Assembly (NCBI GenBank): GCA_045546635.1
Contig: JAZQDF010000034.1
Coordinates: forward strand, 1-26,502
Direction of reading: 5' to 3'
From: Eubacteriales bacterium
GTDB taxonomy: Bacteria; Bacillota; Clostridia; Oscillospirales; CAG-272
DNA: 26,502 nt
Part shown: positions 1-8,200 of the stretch, one piece after another
How positions within the stretch are numbered: the first letter of the stretch is position 1
Layout: each line of letters opens with the position of its first letter
Made by a program: the position numbers and the translations under genes
Notes under the pieces: generated by a model
Told to the model about the DNA's origin: nothing
Database searches by the model: none
The model's input: the letters and a program-made list of their open reading frames with translations, nothing else

Positions 1-1
1 C

Positions 2-1393
2 GCTTGGCCTCCGACTTGCAAAAGATTCTTCCCCAAGGATATAGGCAAGGAGCGTCCCTGTATATACAAGGAAATGAAGAGATGCATCGCCCCCTGCGAC
101 GGAAGCGTGGATTCAGAGAGATATCGCCAGCTTATCCGCGGTGCCGAGCGTGTTCTCGACGGCAATACCGCCGAGATGAAGCGAATGCTTACCGAGGAGA
201 TGGAGCGTGCCTCGGATATGCTGGAATTTGAGCGTGCGGGCGAGATCCTGTCTCAGCTTCAGGCACTTGACAAGCTGTCCGAGAAGCAGAAGGTCGTTGC
301 CGACGTTAAGGTGAACCGCGACGTTTTCGCCATCAGCGTAAGCGACGGAGTCGGCGTTATGTCTATGCTGTCGATCCGCGGCGGTGCTCTGGTAAACAAG
401 AGCGTGTTTATGCTGTCGGCGGCAGAGCCCATAACGGCAGAGGAGGCAGTCTCGCTTATCGCATCATATTACGACGGTGCGGGAAGCATACCGAAGGAGC
501 TTATGCTGGCGTTCCCCGTAGACGAAGATGATATTTCGCTGCTGGCGGAGTATCTGTCACTCAATGCCGGACATAAAATCACCGTCCGAGTGCCCGAGCG
601 TGGCGACGGACGTGCTCTCTGCGATATGGCGATTGAAAACGCAAGAGAATCCGCACGCCAATTCCGCCTTGAAGGCGAGCGTGAGGACAAGATCATCGGC
701 CGTCTTACCTCCCTTCTTGGCCTTAGCAGGCCTCCCCAACGTATCGAGGCATACGACATCTCAAATATAGGAAACGAAAATATCGTCGCATCAATGGTTG
801 TGTGGTCGGATGGCAGGCTGAAGAAGAAGGACTACAGACTTTTCAACATAAAAACCACCGACGGTGCCGACGATTACGGCTCGATGCGAGAGGCACTAAG
901 CCGCCGTCTGTCACATATCGGTGACGGCAGTCTGTCACTCAGCGAGTGTCCCGATCTTATTTTGGTTGACGGCGGCGACGCTCACGTCGGCGTGGCAAAG
1001 GGCGTGCTTTCCTCCCTGTCGCTTGATATTCCCGTATTCGGTATGGTGAAGGATGATTATCATAAAACCAGGGCTCTTACCGACGGTGAGCACGAGATTT
1101 CTATCGCAAAAGAGTTCGATATGTACGCTTTTATTTACAATTTGCAGGAAGAGGCACATAGATTTGCAATAAAATCCTCCCAGAGAGGAAAAATAAAAGC
1201 AATGACGCACTCCTCTCTTGAAAAAATTGAGGGCATCGGGCCGAAAAAGGCAAGACTGCTGCTTTCGGCAATGCCGCTGAGCAAAATCCGTCAGGCGAGC
1301 ATAGAGGAGCTTGTCTCCGTGAAGGGTATCGGACGGGCAGACGCCGAGAGGATAGTAAAATATTTTGAAGAAAAACGAGGAAAAAAGAAATGA
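2..1393 (+). CDS. uvrC: Excinuclease ABC subunit C (5'-partial; the frame is open upstream of the track's Met at 74)
   Basis: Cys cluster TCKRFFPKDIGKERPC..KRCIAPC, UVR domain (FERAGEILSQL), RNase H-like domain (RIEAYDISN, DDYGSMREALSRR, PDLILVDGG), C-terminal HhH pair (LEKIEGIGPKK, VKGIGR). Confidence 0.96.
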   Translation, partial: AWPPTCKRFFPKDIGKERPCIYKEMKRCIAPCDGSVDSERYRQLIRGAERVLDGNTAEMKRMLTEEMERASDMLEFERAGEILSQLQALDKLSEKQKVVADVKVNRDVFAISVSDGVGVMSMLSIRGGALVNKSVFMLSAAEPITAEEAVSLIASYYDGAGSIPKELMLAFPVDEDDISLLAEYLSLNAGHKITVRVPERGDGRALCDMAIENARESARQFRLEGEREDKIIGRLTSLLGLSRPPQRIEAYDISNIGNENIVASMVVWSDGRLKKKDYRLFNIKTTDGADDYGSMREALSRRLSHIGDGSLSLSECPDLILVDGGDAHVGVAKGVLSSLSLDIPVFGMVKDDYHKTRALTDGEHEISIAKEFDMYAFIYNLQEEAHRFAIKSSQRGKIKAMTHSSLEKIEGIGPKKARLLLSAMPLSKIRQASIEELVSVKGIGRADAERIVKYFEEKRGKKK

Positions 1394-1968
1394 TGAGAAT
1401 AATTACGGGTAGTGCTAAGGGCAAAAAGCTTGTAAGCCTCGAGGGTGAGGCAACCAGGCCTACCTCCGAAAGAATAAAGGAGGCAATCTTCTCCTCTATC
1501 CAGTTTGACGTCGAGGACAGGCGGGTTCTTGATCTGTTCGCAGGCTCGGGACAGATGGGCCTTGAGGCTCTGTCAAGGGGTGCGGCGAAGGCTACCTTCA
1601 TCGACCTCTCCCGCGAGGCAATGGAGATCGTTAAGCAGAATGCAAGAATAACCGGCTTCTTCGAGATGAGCCACTTCCTCGTCAGCGACTGGCGTAACTA
1701 TATAAGGAAGGCGTCGGGCAGAGAGCAGTACGATCTTGTTTTCATCGATCCCCCCTACGCTATGGAATGCTGTGCCGACGCGGCAAATTACCTTGCCGAA
1801 AAGGAGCTTATCATTCCCGGTGCCATAGTCGTGCTCGAATCGGGCGAGGAGGAAATTCTGCCCGAGGACGACAGGCTTTCGGGCTACAGGGTAATAAAAT
1901 CCACCCATTACGGCAAGAAAACCTTCGTCAACATTCTCTTCTACGAGGGACGGGAGGCAGATAAATGA
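1390..1968 (+). CDS. rsmD: 16S rRNA (guanine966-N2) methyltransferase
   Basis: MRIITGSAKGKKL, RPTSERIKEAIFS, VLDLFAGSGQMGLEALSRGA, FIDPPY. ATGA overlap with the uvrC stop. Confidence 0.96.
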   Translation: MMRIITGSAKGKKLVSLEGEATRPTSERIKEAIFSSIQFDVEDRRVLDLFAGSGQMGLEALSRGAAKATFIDLSREAMEIVKQNARITGFFEMSHFLVSDWRNYIRKASGREQYDLVFIDPPYAMECCADAANYLAEKELIIPGAIVVLESGEEEILPEDDRLSGYRVIKSTHYGKKTFVNILFYEGREADK

Positions 1969-2429
1969 GTGTGATTTTACCCGGCAGCTACGATCCCGTC
2001 ACGCTGGGACATCTTGACATTATCCGCCGTGCCGCCGAGAAGTACGACGAGGTTTACGTAGTCGTTTTCACCAATCCGAAGAAGGAATATATGTTCTCTG
2101 TTGAGGACAGAGTTCGTATGCTTATGCTGGCAACCGACGACCTTGACAACGTGATGGTAAGCTATTCCAACGGCCTGGTTATCGACTATATGACTGACCA
2201 CGAGATCGAAAGGATAATCAAGGGCTATCGTACCGAGGAGGATCTCGAATGGGAGCGAGAGCAGGCGGAATGGAACTATGAGCACGGCAGATACGAGACC
2301 GAGCTCTGGAAATGCCGCGAAGGCCTTGAGGGCGTCAGCTCCACCGCCGCAAGAGAGGCGATTATGGAAAACGAGCCACTTGATATGCTTCCCGAAAAGG
2401 TGGCAAAATATATAAGCGAAAGAGTGTAG
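1965..2429 (+). CDS. coaD: Phosphopantetheine adenylyltransferase
   Basis: PGSYDPVTLGHLDII (HxGH motif), NPKK, VSSTAAR. Usual rsmD-coaD linkage, ATGA overlap. Confidence 0.93.
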   Translation: MSVILPGSYDPVTLGHLDIIRRAAEKYDEVYVVVFTNPKKEYMFSVEDRVRMLMLATDDLDNVMVSYSNGLVIDYMTDHEIERIIKGYRTEEDLEWEREQAEWNYEHGRYETELWKCREGLEGVSSTAAREAIMENEPLDMLPEKVAKYISERV

Positions 2430-2471
2430 CGGCTCTCCCCCACCTTCAGACCAATGATAAATAACACCTAA

Positions 2472-2503
2472 GAGCCGTTTTGGACTCCTATCCGAAGCGG
2501 CTC
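2472..2503. terminator. Stem-loop after coaD, possible terminator
   Basis: gagccgttttgga / tccgaagcggctc pair with G-U wobbles. No U-tract on the + strand. Confidence 0.35.
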
Positions 2504-2546
2504 ACGGCGAAGGGGTGTCCCGCATAAAAAAACTTTTAAAAACCTA

Positions 2547-2575
2547 TTGACTTTTATAAATTGTTATGATATAAT
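2547..2575 (+). promoter_or_regulatory. Sigma-A promoter of the tRNA pair
   Basis: TTGACT(2547-2552)-17 nt-TATAAT(2570-2575) with extended TGn, AT-rich upstream. Confidence 0.85.
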
Positions 2576-2604
2576 AGCAAAGCGAGGTTTGACATTAAGT
2601 CTAT

Positions 2605-2681
2605 GGCGGATTAGCTCAGTTGGCTAGAGCGTCCGGTTCATACCCGGCAGGTCGTTGGTTCAAATCCGACATCCGCTACCA
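2605..2681 (+). tRNA. tRNA-Met (CAT), elongator type
   Basis: 77 nt cloverleaf, GGCGGAT/ATCCGCT acceptor stem, anticodon loop TTCATAC, GTTCAAAT T-loop, encoded CCA. Paired G1 argues against the initiator tRNA. Confidence 0.95.
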
Positions 2682-2687
2682 CACCTC

Positions 2688-2762
2688 GGCCCGTTGGTCA
2701 AGCGGTTAAGACACGGCCCTTTCACGGCTGTAACATGGGTTCGATTCCCGTACGGGTCACCA
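2688..2762 (+). tRNA. tRNA-Glu (TTC)
   Basis: 75 nt, GGCCCGT/ACGGGTC acceptor stem, anticodon loop CTTTCAC, GTTCGATT T-loop, encoded CCA. Confidence 0.96.
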
Positions 2763-2806
2763 TGAAAAAAGACAGCCATCCTATTCGCACGCCTGTCTTT
2801 TTTTCA
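2763..2806. terminator. Intrinsic terminator after the tRNAs
   Basis: tgaaaaaagacag ... ctgtctttttttca inverted repeat ending in a T run. Confidence 0.65.
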
Positions 2807-2811
2807 TTGTG

Positions 2812-3320
2812 CTCCGCACAAAACCGAACCCACTTGCACGTAAAGATACGTGCAGATTTGCAGGAGTATTATTCGTGCAAGGGGTTCGTATACCTCGTGT
2901 GCAAGGCACAACGAGGTATTGCGGTAGTGCGGAGATATACCAAGAGATCAGTACAGACCTTGAAATTGTCACTTCATTATTAACCCGCACACCGCATTCC
3001 CGTCGGGTTTGCCGCTCGGGATATAATCTCTACTGATTACACTTTCTGTACTAACTGCAAGTTTCATCTCCTCGCCAGGCAATATTCCGCATTCGCGGAA
3101 TGCACCAAATAAAGTTAGATAACTATACCACCAAGAGTGGTGCTTTTTTATGCTGCGACTCCGTCGGGATCGACCCACCCTGAAAATCTGCGATTTTCAG
3201 GATATGGGTTCGCATACCAAACGAAGCCATCGGAGAGCTTGTTCTCCAGTGGCGAGTGCAGGTATATTCAGCTCTGCTGAAATTCACGTATTCAACAACC
3301 ACCAAAAGCGGTGCTTTTTC
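2812..3320. repeat. Hairpin-rich non-coding region with two related structured units and a 22-nt imperfect direct repeat
   Basis: Many short inverted repeats. Both units contain cga(a)ccc(a)...gggttcg[t/c]atacc. accaccaagagtggtgcttttt (3127-3148) vs accaccaaaagcggtgcttttt (3298-3319). Confidence 0.6.
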
Positions 3321-3422
3321 TTTTTTCGGGCTTTGGGACGGTAGTCTATAACCCACTAACACCGATAACAAAATTTCATTTTCGGTAAAGCCGCTTTTTC
3401 ATTCATCATTTTACAAACGATC

Positions 3423-3460
3423 TAAAAATGGCACAGTGAAACTTCACTGTGCCATTTTTA
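3423..3460 (-). terminator. Intrinsic terminator downstream of the lipoprotein gene (symmetric)
   Basis: Perfect inverted repeat taaaaatggcacagtgaa-ac-ttcactgtgccattttta. Confidence 0.9.
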
Positions 3461-3494
3461 TGTGTTTGCTTATTTAATTGTAAGCGTGTAAGCG

Positions 3495-5159
3495 TTATTT
3501 TTTGTATCCGGAGCATTCAATCTCCTCGTATGTTGTACCGCTGCCGGAGGCAGATGCAGAAATATAGAATCTAACCTTCTCTGCTACCACACCATCAAGA
3601 TCAAATTCGAGATAGTCGTTATATGTGCCCTCGTTAACAACGAGATGGCTCATTATACTTGCGTTATCAGAGCAGGTAACAACGTCGATCCATTCGCCGT
3701 TAGAATATACCTGGATCAGAAGGGTAGCTCCGACACTGCCCGCACCGGTTCCTGCCGCAGGATCGTATGTATACATCTTAAAGGAATGAAGCTCGTAAGA
3801 GCCACCGAGGTCGATGGTGGAATCCATCATACCCGTCAAGGCCATCGCGGTAGAGAATCTACCGGGAGAGTTGTCAGCATTCTTGATGCCGTCTGTAAGG
3901 GTTTCATATCCGCCGCCTTTCCACCAGCCTGCATTCAAAACCGATGCAAGAGCATCCTCTGTAGGCGTAAACTGCTTGCCTGCGAAAACGTTTTCAACCA
4001 AAACGGGTACTTCGGGCTCGGGCTCAACCGCACTTGATGCCTTTGCACTGCATTCGATCTCCCAGAAGGTGCTCCAGCCTGTAGAGCCGTGCTCGGGAAT
4101 AATAAACTTAACCTGTCTTGCGTTTGCACCGCCAAGATCAAAGGTGAGCCAGTTTTGGTCGCCTGTAACGACAACGTTGAAATTATCGGCAGTTGCGTTA
4201 ACAACGGTCGTCCATTCGCCTCCGAACAGAACCTGAATTTCCATTCCCGTACCAAACTGACTGAATGCGGATTGATTATAATCATAAAGGAGTACCTTGA
4301 ACTCGTAAAGATCGTACACCGCACCGAGATCAATAACTGCTTCTACCTTGCCGCCATTCTTCTTGCTGGAATATCTGGATGCAAGATCTCCATCGTTGAT
4401 CTTGCCGTATCCATAGGAGGCACTGTAGATATTGGAAGCAGCATCACCTGCGGGAACAAGGCTCTTTCCAACAAGCAGGTTAGAAATAAGTCCACATTCC
4501 GTGCAGACACCGTCAACCATATTGTGTCCTGCGGGAATTTCTTCCTGTGCTACAAGCGTTTCGCCACATACCGAGCACTTCTTACCCTCTGTAAGACCTG
4601 TTTCGGTACAGGTTGCTGCCTTGCCTTCCAATACTTCCTCTGTATGAGGAAGCTTTTCAATGGATTTTGCTTCTCTGCTAAGCTCTTCTCCGCAATTAGA
4701 GCATTTTACCACAGACTCATAGGAGCCTTCCTTTTCGCAGGTAGGAGCTGTTTCATTCTCTCTTACTGCTTCTGCGGGAGTGTGCTCTGTGCAGAGGCCC
4801 GCCTTACAAGCGTCACATACGAAATCGCCGTTTCCATCCTTGTGTCCGAGAGGATCGATCGTCTCCTGCTCTACAAGTATTGCTTCGCATACCGAGCACT
4901 TTTTGCCCTCGGTAAGTCCCGACTCGGTGCAAGTAGCATCTTTTCCTGCCAGGACCTCCTCCTTGTGTCCAAGTGCCTCGCCATAGCTTTCGCCGCAAAG
5001 CTCACATACAGCCGCTGCCGTACAGGTTGCTTTACCTCCCGTATGCTCACATTCGGTCGGTCCGCCTGGAAGAAGTGCAATCAAATCGCAAGCATTGAGT
5101 GTTACCGCAACCAAAGTGATAATTAATACGGCGAGAAGTGCTTTCATATTGGTTTTCAT
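3495..5159 (-). CDS. Lipoprotein with Cys/His-rich repeats and two discoidin (F5/8 type C, CBM32-like) domains; no catalytic domain recognised
   Basis: RBS AAGGAG, signal peptide with lipobox LNAC (Cys24), repeats such as ATCTESGLTEGKKCSVC, then two domains with LTDG..RFST..DLG..EIECS patterns. Confidence 0.8.
   Translation of the reverse strand: MKTNMKALLAVLIITLVAVTLNACDLIALLPGGPTECEHTGGKATCTAAAVCELCGESYGEALGHKEEVLAGKDATCTESGLTEGKKCSVCEAILVEQETIDPLGHKDGNGDFVCDACKAGLCTEHTPAEAVRENETAPTCEKEGSYESVVKCSNCGEELSREAKSIEKLPHTEEVLEGKAATCTETGLTEGKKCSVCGETLVAQEEIPAGHNMVDGVCTECGLISNLLVGKSLVPAGDAASNIYSASYGYGKINDGDLASRYSSKKNGGKVEAVIDLGAVYDLYEFKVLLYDYNQSAFSQFGTGMEIQVLFGGEWTTVVNATADNFNVVVTGDQNWLTFDLGGANARQVKFIIPEHGSTGWSTFWEIECSAKASSAVEPEPEVPVLVENVFAGKQFTPTEDALASVLNAGWWKGGGYETLTDGIKNADNSPGRFSTAMALTGMMDSTIDLGGSYELHSFKMYTYDPAAGTGAGSVGATLLIQVYSNGEWIDVVTCSDNASIMSHLVVNEGTYNDYLEFDLDGVVAEKVRFYISASASGSGTTYEEIECSGYKK
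4494..5051 (-). repeat. Intragenic Cys/His-rich peptide repeats (aa ~37-222)
   Basis: H...ATCT..G....C..C......H units. Two near-identical copies: ATCTESGLTEGKKCSVC and ATCTETGLTEGKKCSVC. Confidence 0.85.
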
Positions 5160-5242
5160 AGTTTTTCTCCTTTTTAAATTTTATAATTTGCAAGAAATGA
5201 TAAAATAATTTACCCTTTCCTGAATTATCATTTTTGTGCTGC

Positions 5243-8200
5243 TTATTTAGCAGCCTTTCCGCTACATTCTATCTCCTGGAACGTGATTCCCGAGCTTGAT
5301 AATGAGCCCGAAATATAGAATCTGATCCTTTCTGCCTTGATTCCTCCAAGGTCAAATTCAAGATAGTCGTTGTTAAGTCCTTCGTTTATCACAAGATACT
5401 CGCAAAGTGCCGTATTATCAAGGCAGCTCACAACGTCGGTCCATTTGCCGTCGGCATATACCTGAATAAGAATATCCCTGCCTATGCTTCCCTTTTTGCT
5501 TTCCTCGGTAATGCTTGTTTTGGTATCGTACAGATAAAATCTCAAAGCACCGAGCTCGTATGAACCGCCGAGATCAAGAGTTGCATCCATAAAGGCCGTG
5601 GTATTATTCATAAGCGTTGAGAATCTTCCGACCTGCTCCTCAAATCTGTTTCCATCGGTGAGGGTTTCGTATCCGCCACCCTGGAACCAGGATGCAGTCA
5701 GCACCTGTGCCTTTGCTTCTGCGGTAGGTACAAATTCTTTTCCTGCAAAAATATTTTCGATACGATCGGGATCAGCATCGGGATCAGGCTCTGCCTCTGG
5801 CTCTGTTACGGTCGACGTAGTACCGAGACACTCGATCTCGTAAAAAGTAGTCCAGCCGCTATTGGTCTGTCCGGGGATGGTAAATTTCACCTTGCTTGCA
5901 TAGGAGTCACCAAGGTCAAATATCAACCAGTCGCCAACGCCTCCTGCGTTATCAACCAGGTATTTCTCCAATTCAGCATTAGACGAGCATTCAACAAGAG
6001 TTGTCCATTTGCCGCCAAAATATGCCTGTATCTCAAGTCCCGTTCCAAACTTGCTAAGACCGTCCTTGTAGAGATAAATCTTCAATTCGGAGAGATTGTA
6101 TGCATCGCCGAGCTCCAGCGTAGCCTCTATCCTTCCGCCGTTTTGCTTGCTCGAATATCTTCCCGAATACTCCTCATAAATCACACCGTCGGTCAGCGTC
6201 TGGTAGCCATAGCTTGCGGAATAAATATTGCCTGCCGTTGCACTTGTAGCAGAAAATTGCTTTCCTGCAAATACGTTGTCGTATTCAACAGCCTCACCGT
6301 AAACTACACTTCCTGAAAGCGTAATTGCCTCAAAATCAACAGGCACATCGAGTGTAACTCTGATCTTATGAGCCCTTCCGCCTTCAAGATCAAATACCAG
6401 GCATCCGTCTGACAAATATGAATTGACCTCAGATGCGGTCTTGCAATCGGCAACAGACTGCCATTCGCCCTTATACAGTCTTTCAACCTTCAGGCTGTTT
6501 CCTTCAAAGGAGGAGGTGTTGATGTAAAATCTTAATTCGTTAAGAGAATAAACCTTACCAAGATCTACGTTTGCTCTGTTATTCTCGAAGGTAATATCCT
6601 TTCCGTTCAGAATATTATCTGCATTGTTTTCAAGAGTCAGAGGGATGATTTTGCTTTCCGCAGAGGTATATTTTGAAACGACGCTTAATGCATAGGACTT
6701 GCTTGCATCATAGCTCAGGCTTATGCTCAGTCCCTTCTCCTCGGCAAGTAAAGCAAATCCCTTCGCACTTCTTTCATACAAACGAACAGAGCCTGCAGAA
6801 TCGCTCGCGTCCGCACTCGCTACGAGCTTACCTCCCTCTACCTTCCATAATACCGAGTAAACCTCAAGGTCTAATGAAACGGGATTTGAATAGCAAATCG
6901 CTCTCTTGCTTTCCACTCCGTTCTTACCGACTGCGGTAACGGCAAAGGTCTTTCTTACGTTTTGCTTGCCATCTGCAACCGTGAGGACGTAAGAATTATT
7001 AGCCGTAGTGCCTACAAGCGTATAGGACGGATCGTTTTCGTATGCAACGTAAACGTTGTATTTCTCTGCACCGTCAACCTTATTCCATCTGAGGCTGAAG
7101 TCGCTGTAATTAATTCTATCGAAGTCAAGCGTTGCGGGCTTTTCAAGTCTTTCAACCTTCTTGAAGCCACCGATATAATACTTATCTCCCACCGCGGTAT
7201 CGAAGGTAAGAATTCCGTCGTTCGAGAGGGTATAACCGATCTTTTCGCCCTTTGAGTTATAGACCTCTACGTTGCTAAAGCCATTATATTTGATGGAAAC
7301 CTCTCCGCCGAGCTTAGCATAAAGATTGATCCTTGTAGCAACGCCGTCCTCCCAGGCTACACTTACCTCGTAATTGCCTCTTGCAACGAGTCCCGTATAT
7401 GCACCCTTATCCCAATTTGTAGGAATGGCCGGAAGAATTTCGATAAACTCTTCATCGCTCTGAAGAAGCATTTCTGCAATAGCCGCGGTAGTTCCGCTGC
7501 TCGCTTCGATCTGGAATATCTTTCCGCATACCATCAAAAGATTCTCAAGAGTCGAATTTCTGAGGTTGCCGGCAAGCATCTGCTGAGCAAGATCACCCTC
7601 GCCCGCTCTTGCGTACATCGCCTGCTTGTGTGCCCAGGCCCAGGCTACTATGCTCGCCTCATTCGTTGCCGTAGTACCGCTCGGCCAATCTGTAAGGCCG
7701 TCGTTTCTGCCTGCAAGGGAAACGAGAGCCGCATCCATCCAGGCATCCGTACCGGAATTGATTATGTTACCGGGGAAGAGTCCTACAAGCTGGGAAATAT
7801 GTCTGTGATTAGGATTTCCGAGAGAGCCGTAGTAATCCTCCTCGCGGAATTCCTTTATCTGTCCTGAGAGACCGACGTTAATAGGATCGTACTTGTCGAT
7901 CTGATCCATAATCGTGCCAAGGATAGAATACTCCTTTGGCAAATTGTCAAGGTCTATTCCGAGATCCTTTGCACACTGAAGAGCCGCGTAGTTGTTTATG
8001 TAAGCAAGCGTCTGTGCATAGGTCGTACCGGTTGTGTAATACCAGGCTCCGTCAACGTACATTTCGGGAGAATCACAGTACTCAACAAGATACTTACCAT
8101 CGTAATTCTTAACGCATTTCGTTACGAATCGTGCCGCATTTGCCAATATCTCATATACCGTCTTCAGTACCTCCTCGTCATTCGTGTACTGGTAGTACTC

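Noticed and set aside
1-20. Possible 1-nt deletion at the uvrC edge (one more C would give LGLPTC instead of AWPPTC)
   Set aside because: Too close to the window edge to establish the upstream frame.
2516-2533. TGTCCC at 2516 and at ~10977 as further operator copies
   Set aside because: No matching second half-site and no -10 box at 10 nt; the second lies inside a terminator stem.
2605-2762. tRNA pair as the integration site of the downstream accessory DNA
   Set aside because: No integrase and no repeat of either tRNA 3' end was found by eye. An exact-match search could revisit this.
2809-3371. Short ORFs in the post-tRNA region; also a possible CRISPR array
   Set aside because: The ORFs lack an RBS and cross hairpins. 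Only two imperfect repeat copies ~170 bp apart exist, with no regular spacers and no cas genes.
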